From Candidatus Omnitrophota bacterium (lineage in GTDB: Bacteria; Omnitrophota; Gorgyraeia; Tantalellales; Tantalellaceae), in NCBI GenBank assembly GCA_028715965.1, contig JAQUQS010000003.1:14494-78493 (forward strand): a stretch of DNA of 64,000 bases. The letters are read 5' to 3'. Below, one piece after another: positions 10,194 to 20,107 of this stretch. Within the stretch, counting starts at the first letter, position 1, and each line of letters starts with the position of its first letter. The translations under genes were made by a program, and so were the position numbers. The notes below the pieces were generated by a model. The model was not told the origin of the DNA and searched no databases. It saw nothing but the letters and a program-made list of their open reading frames with translations.

Positions 10194-11081
10194 TTATTGG
10201 ATCACACTAAGCGCGAGATACGCGTCTTCCGCGCGAAAAGAACTCCTGACCATAGGCCCCGATGCGACATATCCAAAGCCCATATCCCGGGCCGTGTTCC
10301 CCAGTTCCTCGAACTCCTCCGGGCTATAGAACCTTGCTACCGGGCGATGATCCCTTGAGGGAGACAGGTACTGCCCGATGAACAATATATCCACTCCCGC
10401 GTTCCTGAGATCGCGGAAAGTCCTCACTATATCCGACTCTTCCTCTCCTAATCCGACCACTATCGATGATTTTACCAGTATATCCGCGCCCGCGTCCCTT
10501 TCATCCGCCAGGCAGGACAATGCCGTTATCGAACGGACATAACTTGAGCCCGGCCTTATCTCGGGGTATAGCACTTCGGGCATCTCTATATTGTGCCCTA
10601 TCACGGCCGCCCCGGAACGGGCGATGTCCGCGATAAGGTCTTTCCTGGCGCGCATATCCGGGACCAGAAGCTCTACAATAGAGTCGGGGACCGTTCCTTT
10701 CACAGAGCGCACCGTGTTAATAAAATGTCCGGCTCCCATATCATCGAGATCGTCGCGCGTCACGGAAGTAATGACAACATATCTGGCGTCAGTATCTTTT
10801 ACGAATCTCGCGACTTCCCGTGGCTCATCCGGATCAACGGCTTCCGGCTTGCCTTTTTCCACGTTGCAAAAATCACAGTTACGTGTACAGACACGCCCGA
10901 GTATCAGGAACGTAACATGACCGCGCGCCCAGCACTCCCCCCTGTTTGGGCATGCGGCTTCCACGCATACACTGTTAATAGACCTTTCCCTGGCGAGTTT
11001 TGCCATCAAGCACGAGGTTGCGTCCATCGTCAGTTTTCCCCTTATCCATGGGGGCCTGTTCACGTGATCATGTTGCGTCAT
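10194..11081 (-). CDS. lipA: lipoyl synthase (radical SAM)
   Basis: 295 aa with both cysteine clusters: CPNRGEC and CTRNCDFC. Confidence 0.9.
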   Translation of the reverse strand: MTQHDHVNRPPWIRGKLTMDATSCLMAKLARERSINSVCVEAACPNRGECWARGHVTFLILGRVCTRNCDFCNVEKGKPEAVDPDEPREVARFVKDTDARYVVITSVTRDDLDDMGAGHFINTVRSVKGTVPDSIVELLVPDMRARKDLIADIARSGAAVIGHNIEMPEVLYPEIRPGSSYVRSITALSCLADERDAGADILVKSSIVVGLGEEESDIVRTFRDLRNAGVDILFIGQYLSPSRDHRPVARFYSPEEFEELGNTARDMGFGYVASGPMVRSSFRAEDAYLALSVIQ

Positions 11082-11104
11082 ATATCATCCTCTTGGCAAA
11101 AAGG

Positions 11105-11150
11105 GGATAAGCCGCGACAACGCCGCGACATACCCCCTTTGAACGTCCTA
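11105..11150 (-). terminator. putative intrinsic terminator after the PFOR gene
   Basis: Minus strand reads AAAGGGGGTATGTCGCGGCGTTGTCGCGGCTTATCCCCTTTTTGCC. A GGGGGTA/TATCCCC stem closes a large loop and is followed by a T5 run. The stem-loop is atypical. Confidence 0.35.
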
Positions 11151-11169
11151 GGTCCGGGTCATACCGGTA

Positions 11170-14100
11170 TTATTTCTCACATTTATCGGGCTGGCATTCA
11201 CAGATGGTCCTCTCAGAGAGGTATTTATACAGCTCGTAATGGTCTTTTGCCTGTTTCTCGGCCTTATCAAGAAGCGTTTTTGCCCTTTCCGGGTCCACCT
11301 TCTTCAGTATGTTATACCGGTTCTCGTTATAAACATACTCTTCAAGTTTGATGCTCGGAGCTTTGCTGTCCACCGTAAGCGGGTTCTTGCCTTCCTTGCA
11401 AAGGTCCGGGTTGTACCTGAAAAGCGGCCAATGTCCCGAAGCTACCGCCCGTTTCTGCTCGTCATACCCCTTGGTCATGTTTATCCCATGCGCTATACAA
11501 TGCGAATACGCGATTATAAGGGACGGGCCGTCATATGACTCCGCTTCGATAAATGCCTTCATGACCTGCATCGGGTCGGCACCCATCGACACCTTGGCGA
11601 CGTACACATACCCATAGCTTATGGCCATAAGACCGAGGTCTTTTTTCCCAATGGGTTTTCCGCTGGCCGCGAATTTGGCTACCGCCCCCATTGGGGTCGA
11701 TTTAGAAGCCTGGCCACCCGTATTCGAGTAAACTTCGGTATCAAGCACAAGCACGTTAACGTTCCTGCCCGAGGCGAGCACATGGTCAAGTCCGCCGTAG
11801 CCTATGTCATACGCCCATCCATCCCCGCCTACCGCCCATACGGACCTTTTGATGAAATAATCCGCGACGCTCAGGAGCTCTTTGCAATCAGGGCGATCGC
11901 ATTTTGAAAGAAGCTCTTTTATCGAGTCGATCCTTTTTCTCTGTTGTTCTATCTTTTCCTGGGTGGACTGGTCGGCGTTCCTGGCATCCTTAAGCGCCTC
12001 TACCAGTTTCGCGTCACATGCCCCGGCTGATATTATCCTGTCGGCGAGCTCTCCGGCATAAGAAGCGTGCTTGTCAGCCGTAAGGCGCATGCCATAAGCG
12101 AGTTCCGCGTTATCCTCGAACAGGGAATTATTCCACGCGGGTCCCCTGCCGTCCTGACGTGAAGTATATGGAGTGGTCGGCAGGTTCCCTCCGTATATAG
12201 AGGAACAGCCCGTAGCGTTAGCGATAACGGCCCTGTCCCCGAACAGCTGCGTGAGCAGTTTCACGTATGATGTCTCTCCACACCCCGCGCACGCGCCGGA
12301 ATATTCAAAGAGAGGCTTCACGAACTGCACGCCATTCATTACGTTCCTGTTATACATACCCGGGTCGGTCTCCGGAAGGTCCAGGAAGAACTTGTTGTTG
12401 GCCCGTTCATTTTCCCTCAAAGGCAGCTGAAGCTCCATCTTTATGGCTTCCTTCGCTTTCATCGGGCAATTCTCCACACACGCGCCGCAACCCGTACAAT
12501 CTTCCGGCGCCACCTGGAGCGTATATACGTACCCTTCTTTGGGTTTAGGTTTTACCTGGGCATGCTTGAACGTTGCCGGCGCCCCTTTCAATAGCTCTTC
12601 TTTGTACATCTTGGCGCGTATAACAGCGTGGGGGCACACCATGGTACATTTACCGCACTGGATACATGTTTCCGGGTTCCACACCGGCACGTGTATAGCG
12701 ATATTCCTCTTTTCGTACTGTGTGGTACCGGTCGGCCATGTACCGTCATCCGGCATTTCGGACACCTTGACCGTCTCTCCTTCCCCCCTCATTATCTTGG
12801 CTGTCGTGTTCTTCACGAAATCCGGGGCCTCATCCGACACAAGCGAGCAACAACCCGTGTCTTTCGTGACCTTCGCGGGCACTTTGACCTCCTGTATACT
12901 GGTGAGGGCCTGGTCTACCGCCCTTACGTTCATATCTACGATCTTTTCGCCTTTCTTGCCGTATGTCTTCTTTATAGCGCCCTTTATGGCCTTGACCGCG
13001 GCGTCACAATCTATAACATTGGATATCTTGAAGAAAGCCGTCTGCATTATCACGTTTATGCGTCCTCCAAGACCTATTTTCTCGGCTATATCAACGGCGT
13101 CTATGATGTAGAACTTCACTTTCTTGTCTATTATCTGTTTCTGCACCTTGCCGGGAAGGTTGTCCCATATCTCTTCCTTATTGAAGGACGACGTCAGGAG
13201 GAATATCCCGCCGTCGACCAGGTTCTTGAGCATATCGTACTTCTCGAGAAAAGAGAAATTATGACACGCTATGAAGTTAGCCTTGCTTATCAGGTAAGGG
13301 CTGCGGATCGTTCTTGTCCCGAACCTGAGGTGGGATATGGTTATCGCGCCCGCCTTCTTTGAGTCATAAACAAAGTATCCCTGCGCGTTGTTGTCGGTAT
13401 TCTCGGCTATGATCTTTATTGAGTTCTTGTTGGCCCCTACGGTACCGTCCGATCCCAGGCCATAGAACATAGCGCGGTAGGTCTGGTCACTTTCCGTGCT
13501 GAACGCCGCGTCGAAGTCCAGGCTCGTTCCGGTCACGTCGTCCGTTATACCTACCGTAAAATGGTTCTTAGGCTTATTGGCGGAAAGGTTGTCAAATACC
13601 CCTTTTATCATCGCCGGAGTGAATTCCGCGGACCCTAGACCATATCTTCCTCCTACTATTACCGGGTATCCCTTGAATGGAGCGGACCCGTCCGACATGG
13701 CCTCTCCCACAGCCGTACGTACATCCTCATATAACGGCTCACCAAGCGCTCCGGGTTCTTTTGTCCGATCAAGGACAGCTATTTTCTTTACCGTTTTCGG
13801 CAGGGCATCGATGAAATCTTTTACGCTGAAAGGCCTGTACAGCCTTACTTTCAGTACTCCGAGCTTTTCCCCCTTGGCGTTGAGGTGCTCCACCGTCTCA
13901 TGCACGGCTTCCCCTCCGCAGCCTATTATGATCACGACCTTTTCCGCGTCCGGAGCCCCCACATATTCGAACAGGCGATATTGCCTGCCTGTCAGGCCGG
14001 CGAACTTATCCATGGCTTTTTGCACTATGGCCGGGCACGCTTCGTAATATTTATTGACCGTCTCCCTGCCCTGGAAATACACATCCGGGTTCTGTGATGT

Positions 14101-14751
14101 CCCCCTCAAGACCGGGCGTTCCGGGTTCAGGCCCCTCATGCGATGGGGATGCACGAGTTCCGGCGGCAACATGGCCTTCATGTCATCGAATGTAAGTTCC
14201 TCTATCTTCTGTATCTCATGTGACACACGGAACCCTTCAAAAAAGTGGAGTATCGGTATCCTGGACTCCAGGGTCGCCGCCTGCGCAATAAGCGCGAAAT
14301 CCATGGCTTCCTGGACACTCCCCGACGCCAGGAACGCCCACCCTGTGGCCCTGGCGGCCATCACATCGGAATGGTCCCCGAAAATAGAAAGCGCCTGGCA
14401 AGCTAGTGACCTCGCGGACACATGGAAGACCGTAGACGTCAGTTCTCCCGCGATCTTGTACATATTAGGTATCATGAGCAGCAGCCCCTGGGAAGCTGTG
14501 AACGTGGTGGTAAGAGCCCCCGTGGTCAACGCGCCATGGACGGCCCCGGAAGCGCCGCCTTCCGACTGGAGCTCCACGACCGTAGGTACTGATCCCCATA
14601 TATTCTTTTCCCCCGCCGCCGACTTTGCGTCCGCGATCTCGCCCATCCCTGAAGACGGGGTTATCGGATAAATGGCAATAACTTCGTTGGTAGCATGGGC
14701 TACATGCGCTACTGCGCTCGTCCCATCATGCGGCATCATATCACGTTTCAT
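11170..14751 (-). CDS. nifJ: pyruvate:ferredoxin (flavodoxin) oxidoreductase, single-polypeptide type
   Basis: 1193 aa with the PFOR N-terminus AIYPITPSS, ferredoxin-type 4Fe-4S motifs (CIQCGKCTMVCP, CTGCGACVENCP) and a TPP-binding C-terminus. AGGAGG sits 8 nt before the ATG at 14749-14751. Confidence 0.9.
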   Translation of the reverse strand: MKRDMMPHDGTSAVAHVAHATNEVIAIYPITPSSGMGEIADAKSAAGEKNIWGSVPTVVELQSEGGASGAVHGALTTGALTTTFTASQGLLLMIPNMYKIAGELTSTVFHVSARSLACQALSIFGDHSDVMAARATGWAFLASGSVQEAMDFALIAQAATLESRIPILHFFEGFRVSHEIQKIEELTFDDMKAMLPPELVHPHRMRGLNPERPVLRGTSQNPDVYFQGRETVNKYYEACPAIVQKAMDKFAGLTGRQYRLFEYVGAPDAEKVVIIIGCGGEAVHETVEHLNAKGEKLGVLKVRLYRPFSVKDFIDALPKTVKKIAVLDRTKEPGALGEPLYEDVRTAVGEAMSDGSAPFKGYPVIVGGRYGLGSAEFTPAMIKGVFDNLSANKPKNHFTVGITDDVTGTSLDFDAAFSTESDQTYRAMFYGLGSDGTVGANKNSIKIIAENTDNNAQGYFVYDSKKAGAITISHLRFGTRTIRSPYLISKANFIACHNFSFLEKYDMLKNLVDGGIFLLTSSFNKEEIWDNLPGKVQKQIIDKKVKFYIIDAVDIAEKIGLGGRINVIMQTAFFKISNVIDCDAAVKAIKGAIKKTYGKKGEKIVDMNVRAVDQALTSIQEVKVPAKVTKDTGCCSLVSDEAPDFVKNTTAKIMRGEGETVKVSEMPDDGTWPTGTTQYEKRNIAIHVPVWNPETCIQCGKCTMVCPHAVIRAKMYKEELLKGAPATFKHAQVKPKPKEGYVYTLQVAPEDCTGCGACVENCPMKAKEAIKMELQLPLRENERANNKFFLDLPETDPGMYNRNVMNGVQFVKPLFEYSGACAGCGETSYVKLLTQLFGDRAVIANATGCSSIYGGNLPTTPYTSRQDGRGPAWNNSLFEDNAELAYGMRLTADKHASYAGELADRIISAGACDAKLVEALKDARNADQSTQEKIEQQRKRIDSIKELLSKCDRPDCKELLSVADYFIKRSVWAVGGDGWAYDIGYGGLDHVLASGRNVNVLVLDTEVYSNTGGQASKSTPMGAVAKFAASGKPIGKKDLGLMAISYGYVYVAKVSMGADPMQVMKAFIEAESYDGPSLIIAYSHCIAHGINMTKGYDEQKRAVASGHWPLFRYNPDLCKEGKNPLTVDSKAPSIKLEEYVYNENRYNILKKVDPERAKTLLDKAEKQAKDHYELYKYLSERTICECQPDKCEK

Positions 14752-14967
14752 TCTATTGTCCTCCTGGTCTTAAGTTTTGTCCAAAACACACGTACGCGGT
14801 CATATCTATCTTTTACATTAATATATTTAAATATAGGTGAAGGGATGAAACCCGCTCTACAACACTGAATATTAAGAGAAGAACTGTTATGGCGAATCTC
14901 AAGGCGCCTATTTTATCACAAGAAACGTTTTATGTTAAGGGGTTTTTTTACTTTCCACGATATCCCC

Positions 14968-15010
14968 GAAAAAAAAGAACGGGGCAGGGTGTATTCCCCC
15001 TGCCCCGTTC
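14968..15010 (-). terminator. rho-independent terminator downstream of the 15036..15821 gene
   Basis: Perfect 13-bp stem (GAACGGGGCAGGG at 14977-14989 pairs with 14998-15010) and a 7-8 nt loop. On the minus-strand transcript it is followed by U8 (A-run 14969-14976 on plus). It would insulate the PFOR promoter from read-through. Confidence 0.8.
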
Positions 15011-15035
15011 TCGTAAGACCATGTGTTATAAGCTA

Positions 15036-15821
15036 TTAGTACTGTGACTGCTGCTGCGATAGACCTTTCACGTTCAGTGCCATATAGAAGCTCATGAACG
15101 ATATCATCATGATTATCGGCATATATGACTGCACGGCCGCGTTGACCAGGGTTATAAGGATAGCGCCTACACCTTCCGGCATCGGAATGGTCACCAGTCC
15201 TATGACAAACCCTATCAAAAGCGATATCACCATGCTTATGATCAGCATAACGATGAAAAGGCCCAGCGTGTTCCAGAAATGGTCTTTCGCCACACCTATA
15301 CCTTTTTTAAGTGCCGCGACCGCGCCTATATCGTCCACCACCACGGAATAAATGGGGTAGATAAGCATTGTTATTGCCACTATGGCTACGACCGTTATTA
15401 TAGCCGCCAATATGGACCTTGTTATCCCGTTATCCCCAAGAAGCAGTACCCCGGCACTAACAAGACTGAGCAACAGGACAACGCATATCGCGAGCACTAT
15501 GTATATAAGGAGAAGCGCGAGTATGCTCTTATAATACTTTTTGCCATATTCGACGAATTTGCCGATGTTGGTGAGTCCTGTCTTTATCTCATCCTTTACC
15601 AGGCCCAGGGCCCCACCCTGCAGGAAGATGAAGATAAGGAAAAATATCACGCTTGTGATTATGGATATCACCGCTATTCCCGGGTCATCCGCCTTATCCG
15701 GATTAGCAAGCGGCAAGCTGATAAGGCCTATGATAGCGTTAAACACAAAAAAGACCAATACCACGTTGAGCAGCTTCTGCGATAGAACGAACCCCTTCTT
15801 TACAGCCTCGAATATTCCCAT
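15036..15821 (-). CDS. hypothetical polytopic membrane protein (DUF975/UPF0259-like)
   Basis: At least 6 predicted TM helices. AAGGAGG sits 6 nt before the ATG at 15819-15821 (MGIFEAV...). The track ORF extends 29 codons further upstream. Confidence 0.6.
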   Translation of the reverse strand: MGIFEAVKKGFVLSQKLLNVVLVFFVFNAIIGLISLPLANPDKADDPGIAVISIITSVIFFLIFIFLQGGALGLVKDEIKTGLTNIGKFVEYGKKYYKSILALLLIYIVLAICVVLLLSLVSAGVLLLGDNGITRSILAAIITVVAIVAITMLIYPIYSVVVDDIGAVAALKKGIGVAKDHFWNTLGLFIVMLIISMVISLLIGFVIGLVTIPMPEGVGAILITLVNAAVQSYMPIIMMISFMSFYMALNVKGLSQQQSQY

Positions 15822-15918
15822 ACATACCCTCCTTACACAGGACATTTTAAATAAAGACAATTTTTGCCGATCGCCGGAACCGTCACCGGATATTGCACGC
15901 AAAATCACTCTTTAGTAG

Positions 15919-15946
15919 AGTATACTTATATTACAAGCCGTGTCAA
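15919..15946 (-). promoter_or_regulatory. sigma70-type promoter (-35 TTGACA, 16-nt spacer, -10 TATACT) for the membrane-protein gene
   Basis: Minus strand reads GTTCTTGACACGGCTTGTAATATAAGTATACTCT. The -35 box is 15941-15946 and the -10 box 15919-15924. Confidence 0.5.
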
Positions 15947-15992
15947 GAACAAAGGTTTTAACCATATGATCGCTTTTGGTTGAACTAATTTT

Positions 15993-16595
15993 TTATTTTT
16001 CGTCCCGGCGCTCCTCAAAAGCGCGTTGAAGCGTGGTCACATCGGCATATTCAAGCATGGCGCCCGCTGGGACCCCCCTGGCAAGACGGGTGGTCTTGAC
16101 CTTCAAAGGTTTCAATATCCCCGCGATATACATAGCGGTGGTCTCGCCTTCAGTAGTAAAATCCGTAGCTATTATGACCTCCTTAACAGCTTCTTTTTTT
16201 ACCCTGTCCACAAGCTCCTGTATCTTAAGGTCCTCGGGGCCTACCCCGTCTATGGGAGAGAGCTCCCCAAGAAGGACATGGTAAAGCCCTTTATAATGAC
16301 CGGTCCTCTCTATGGCCCAAATACCGCCGGGGCCTTCGACCACGCATATCCTGGATGGGTCCCGCGACACATCGGAACACAAAGAACACATATCCCCCTC
16401 GCTCAGGTTATTGCATTTACTGCAGAACCTTACGTTATCCCTGACATCCTTGATATCCTTGATAAGCGTTTCGACCTCGGGCTTAGGGGCCCTCAATATG
16501 TGGAACGTAAGCCTTCTTGCCGACCTTGACCCTATCCCGGGCATCTTGACCAGGTCTTCGATAAGTCTCATCATGGATGGAGGGAACCCGGGCAT
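15993..16595 (-). CDS. recR: recombination protein RecR
   Basis: Carries the LPGIG-type helix-hairpin-helix (KMPGIGSRSARR), a C4 zinc finger (CSKCNNLSEGDMCSLC) and a Toprim domain. I prefer the start at ATG 16593-16595, which has GGAGG 9 nt upstream. The track start at 16604 overlaps dnaX. Confidence 0.85.
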   Translation of the reverse strand: MPGFPPSMMRLIEDLVKMPGIGSRSARRLTFHILRAPKPEVETLIKDIKDVRDNVRFCSKCNNLSEGDMCSLCSDVSRDPSRICVVEGPGGIWAIERTGHYKGLYHVLLGELSPIDGVGPEDLKIQELVDRVKKEAVKEVIIATDFTTEGETTAMYIAGILKPLKVKTTRLARGVPAGAMLEYADVTTLQRAFEERRDEK

Positions 16596-16596
16596 G

Positions 16597-18297
16597 TTAT
16601 ACATCCTCCATAAAATCCCTCACGATGTGTCCCCCGAAAATATCCATGGCTTTCTCGATAACAGGCTTTATCTCCTCCCGTGCTTTTTCCATACGTTCTT
16701 TTTTGGAATCTTTCCTGTCCGCTTCCGCGCCCAGGAATTCCAGGATGGTGAACTCCAGGGCCGGGGCCGTACCGGTCACCTTGTTCACGGCTTCCTGGAC
16801 CAGCATTTTATTGCTCTCGGATTCCAGTACTTCCTTGTTGAAAGAATGTTCTTTGTCAAAACCTATCACGACCTTCCTGTCGGAGAACTCGATCGGTTTG
16901 CCGGGATTAAGGAACGTGTACAGGGATATTTTCTTCCCCTTAACATAATTCAATACCGTTTTCCAATGCCCCTTCGACCCGGCATCCGTAAGCTCTTCCA
17001 CGACAGGCTCACCGTCGGGGACCCTTTCTTCCACCTTTTCGGCGACATCCATGGACGCGCCACGCGGGACCGACGGGGAAGCTTCCTCCGCTTTATCCGG
17101 TACCACGCTATTATCCCGCGTTATATGGGTGCTCCCGGCCGATGACATCACCCCCATACCGCTCTTGAGTTCCTCTATCTTCTCCACGATCGACGGAAGG
17201 GACATGACCGATGATCTGTTCGCTAACTTGATCAGAGCCACTTCAAGAGGTCCTCGCACGAAATCCGCGCTCTTCATAAGGGAAATGGCATGCGACAGGA
17301 CCTGTATCATGTACAGGATCTCCTCAAGAGAGAGTTTACCCGCCTCGTCCCGTATCCTGGCAAGTTCGTCCTCGGCAAAGGCCATGTCGGAAGTAGGGGC
17401 CTTGACCACCTTGATGATCATCATGTCCCTGAAATGCGCAAGAAGTGTATTCGCTATATACACGGGATCCTTTCCCCCGCTTATCATATCGTCGGCAAGT
17501 TCCGCCGACTTTTTAGCGTCCCCTTCTATTAGGGCGTCAGCCATGCCGTACAGGCTATCGCGGTGCATCATCCCCATAAGCTCGGCGACATCTTCCGTCC
17601 TTATCGTGCCGCCGGAGAACGATACCATCTGGTCCAGCACGACAAGCGCGTCCCGGAGGCTCCCGTCCGCTACGCGCGCGATAAGTAAGGCCGCTTTTTC
17701 ATCGAGCGTTATTTTTTCGGCACGCGCTATATCCCGGACCCTCCCGGCTATGACGGGGGAAGATATGCGCTTAAAATCGAACCTCTGGCATCGAGATATT
17801 ATCGTGGGCAACACCTTGTGCGGCTCGGTGGTCGCGAAGATGAACTTGACGTGGGCAGGCGGCTCTTCAAGCGTTTTCAGGAGCGCGTTGAACGCCCCGG
17901 TCGAAAGCATATGGACCTCGTCTATTATGTAGATCTTATATTTGCCGCGTGAGGGGGAGAACTTGACGTTCTCTCTCAGGGCACGTATCTCGTCAACACC
18001 GTTGTTCGACGCGCCGTCTATCTCCAGCACGTCCATATCGTTCCCCTGGCTTATCTGATGGCATGACGCGCATTTGTTACAGGGCTTTTCGCCTTTATCC
18101 GCAAGGCAGTTCAGCGTCTTGGAAAGCAGACGCGCTACCGAGGTCTTGCCCACGCCGCGCGGGCCACAGAAAATGTAAGCGTTGGCGGAACGGCCTTTTT
18201 CCACAGCGTTCTTCAACGTCCGCGTAACCGTTTCCTGCCCCGCCACGTCCTCGAAACTCTGGGGCCTGTATTTTTGAGCTAGTACCTGATATGACAT
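16597..18297 (-). CDS. dnaX: DNA polymerase III subunit gamma/tau
   Basis: N-terminus MSYQVLAQKYRPQSFEDVAGQ with the AAA+ P-loop GPRGVGKTS. 566 aa. Confidence 0.9.
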   Translation of the reverse strand: MSYQVLAQKYRPQSFEDVAGQETVTRTLKNAVEKGRSANAYIFCGPRGVGKTSVARLLSKTLNCLADKGEKPCNKCASCHQISQGNDMDVLEIDGASNNGVDEIRALRENVKFSPSRGKYKIYIIDEVHMLSTGAFNALLKTLEEPPAHVKFIFATTEPHKVLPTIISRCQRFDFKRISSPVIAGRVRDIARAEKITLDEKAALLIARVADGSLRDALVVLDQMVSFSGGTIRTEDVAELMGMMHRDSLYGMADALIEGDAKKSAELADDMISGGKDPVYIANTLLAHFRDMMIIKVVKAPTSDMAFAEDELARIRDEAGKLSLEEILYMIQVLSHAISLMKSADFVRGPLEVALIKLANRSSVMSLPSIVEKIEELKSGMGVMSSAGSTHITRDNSVVPDKAEEASPSVPRGASMDVAEKVEERVPDGEPVVEELTDAGSKGHWKTVLNYVKGKKISLYTFLNPGKPIEFSDRKVVIGFDKEHSFNKEVLESESNKMLVQEAVNKVTGTAPALEFTILEFLGAEADRKDSKKERMEKAREEIKPVIEKAMDIFGGHIVRDFMEDV

Positions 18298-18351
18298 TGG
18301 GTCCTTTCAGAAAAACATGGATCATGCGGGGTTTCCCGGGATCCTGGTTAT

Positions 18352-18379
18352 TTTATAACATATCGGTGTCAAAGTTCAA
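18352..18379 (-). promoter_or_regulatory. putative dnaX promoter (-35 TTGAAC, 16-nt spacer, -10 TATAAA)
   Basis: Minus strand reads CCTTGAACTTTGACACCGATATGTTATAAAATAACC. An overlapping TTGACA offers an alternative -35 box. Confidence 0.4.
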
Positions 18380-18407
18380 GGAATAGTCTGGACGCGTAAA
18401 GATATAA

Positions 18408-19196
18408 CTATTTGTCTTCGTCAGATCGGTCGATCATATACCCGTACAAAACCTCAGCCTCCATAACCCCTCCGGATATTTTTCCTCCCGAGCCCCTGGC
18501 CCCCTGGACGGGACCCGGACCCGGACCCATCGGGGCCGGCGACGGAGCTATACCACCTGAAGCGGTTATGCCTACCAGATAAGAAGCTTTCTTCCATTTT
18601 TCGAAACCTATCGACACCGCTCTCGCCACGCCCTTGAGGACCTTCAGGGTCCCATCATCGGTCCTGGGCGTACGGTAGAGCATATAAGTATATAACGCGT
18701 CTTCCGTCATTTTTCTGTCACCTGACGAGCTCCCGCTGTTCACCGATACCGGCACATTATCGCACGGGGTAAGAGTGAACACGCATGAAGCGCCCTGCGG
18801 AAAGGGTATATCCATATGCGAGTACCCTCTCTGCCATGACGCTACGCCCTCTTCTATGGCTTTTGCCGCCAAACGCAGGTCATCCGAATACGATGCCCGG
18901 GACACACCTTCTTCCGGAACGTACTGAACCTCCATTATGTCCAGGCGTGGACCTCGCAATTTTCCGGAGCACAAAAATCCCTTCGCCCCCTCAACCTCGA
19001 CATCGTCTACCACCAGCGATCCCTGCCAATCCTTCCACGCCATCTCTATCCTGCTGGAGATCTCCCTGGCGAACGCTTTTTTACCGTCGATATCCTGGAA
19101 AGCGCCTTCTCCATGGCACACACTCCCCCACAGCACGCCGCATACCATTGCCGTGAGCAATACCAGCGCGGGGACAAAGGGTCTAAGCGCCTTCAT
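18408..19196 (-). CDS. hypothetical secreted protein
   Basis: N-terminal signal peptide (MKALRPFVPALVLLTAMVCGVLWGSVCHG) and a Gly/Pro-rich C-terminal tail. No family recognised. Confidence 0.5.
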   Translation of the reverse strand: MKALRPFVPALVLLTAMVCGVLWGSVCHGEGAFQDIDGKKAFAREISSRIEMAWKDWQGSLVVDDVEVEGAKGFLCSGKLRGPRLDIMEVQYVPEEGVSRASYSDDLRLAAKAIEEGVASWQRGYSHMDIPFPQGASCVFTLTPCDNVPVSVNSGSSSGDRKMTEDALYTYMLYRTPRTDDGTLKVLKGVARAVSIGFEKWKKASYLVGITASGGIAPSPAPMGPGPGPVQGARGSGGKISGGVMEAEVLYGYMIDRSDEDK

Positions 19197-20040
19197 TGAT
19201 CGCGTTCCCTTCCGTGAACAGGCCGCGCATTTTGTTCCTTACACGAACGGCCTTTTCCCGCATGTCGTTCTTCAGTATAGCGGGATACTCAAAAGCGGAT
19301 ATGTGTTCCCTGAATTCGGGATACCTTAACGACAAGGGATAATTCGCGTGCCACGGCTTTACAGCCGCAAGGTAATGTATGATGACCGGGTCCGTTCTCC
19401 CCTCGTCATATAAAGGGGAGAAATTATAACATTTCGGGAACTCGACGAGGTGTCCACTGAACAGGATATTCAAAAGCTGCTGGTCTTTGCTCTTCGAAAA
19501 AACGTCCGGCCCGAACCTGTCAACAAGTCCTGCCGCCATTTCCTTGAGCTCTTTCCATTCGCGCGGGTACAATGTGAAAAGACCTGCGTTGAACCCCGGT
19601 TTTTCCCAACCTATATCTATCCCATGCGAGAGCCTCTCCCTATCCCGCGGACGGAACATATCCCTTACACGGTTGACCTCGGGGACCACACCCACACGCC
19701 CGGGCGGAATATCGAACAACTGTTCTATCGGCCCCAGGACCACCATATCCGAATCCAGATAAAGGACTTTTTCGAACTCCATCTCCACCACCTCGAACTT
19801 AAGCATGGTGGCCCGCCCTATATAGCTGAACTTCCCTCTTCCTGCTATCTCCATAAAAGGCGCGCGTTCGACCACATCCGCGTACCTGGATATACATTTT
19901 TTCTGGCGTCGGGTCAACCCGAAGCCGAACACTACCACAGGTATCCCGGGATTGGTACGGGAAAGGCTCCTTACCAGCGAAATAGCGGCCGGGAAATATT
20001 TCCCGTCGCATCCGGTAGCTACACATCTTTCTCGGATCAT
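19183..20040 (-). CDS. glycosyltransferase family 8-like protein
   Basis: Nucleotide-diphospho-sugar transferase features including the DxD motif LYLDSDMVV. I prefer the start at ATG 20038-20040 (MIRERC...), which has GGGAGGAGAG 8 nt upstream. Confidence 0.6.
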   Translation of the reverse strand: MIRERCVATGCDGKYFPAAISLVRSLSRTNPGIPVVVFGFGLTRRQKKCISRYADVVERAPFMEIAGRGKFSYIGRATMLKFEVVEMEFEKVLYLDSDMVVLGPIEQLFDIPPGRVGVVPEVNRVRDMFRPRDRERLSHGIDIGWEKPGFNAGLFTLYPREWKELKEMAAGLVDRFGPDVFSKSKDQQLLNILFSGHLVEFPKCYNFSPLYDEGRTDPVIIHYLAAVKPWHANYPLSLRYPEFREHISAFEYPAILKNDMREKAVRVRNKMRGLFTEGNAINEGA

Positions 20041-20107
20041 GATACGACTCTCCTCCCGTCTACCACGGACACGCACACGGGATACGACATATTGGTATTA
20101 GTGTGGC

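Noticed and set aside
12443-13362. Overlapping 222-aa and 244-aa plus-strand ORFs inside the PFOR gene
   Set aside because: Antisense to a 1193-aa gene with full-length PFOR similarity. No RBS or plausible family.
16312-17932. 277-aa and 293-aa plus-strand ORFs antisense to recR/dnaX
   Set aside because: Ser/Ala/Leu-rich antisense frames of well-supported essential genes.
16597-18297. Programmed -1 frameshift site (A AAA AAG) in dnaX for a gamma subunit
   Set aside because: The only AAAAAAG on the coding strand (around 16695) is out of X-XXY-YYZ register (TCC AAA AAA GAA). It lies within 35 codons of the C-terminus, far from the domain III boundary where the E. coli site sits. There is no evidence for frameshifting.
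18298-18407. SRP (4.5S) RNA upstream of dnaX, a common neighbour
   Set aside because: The 110-nt gap lacks the conserved domain IV sequence (AGGUCAGG...GGAAGGAAGCAGC). It contains only promoter-like elements and an 8-bp palindrome TCCCGGGA.
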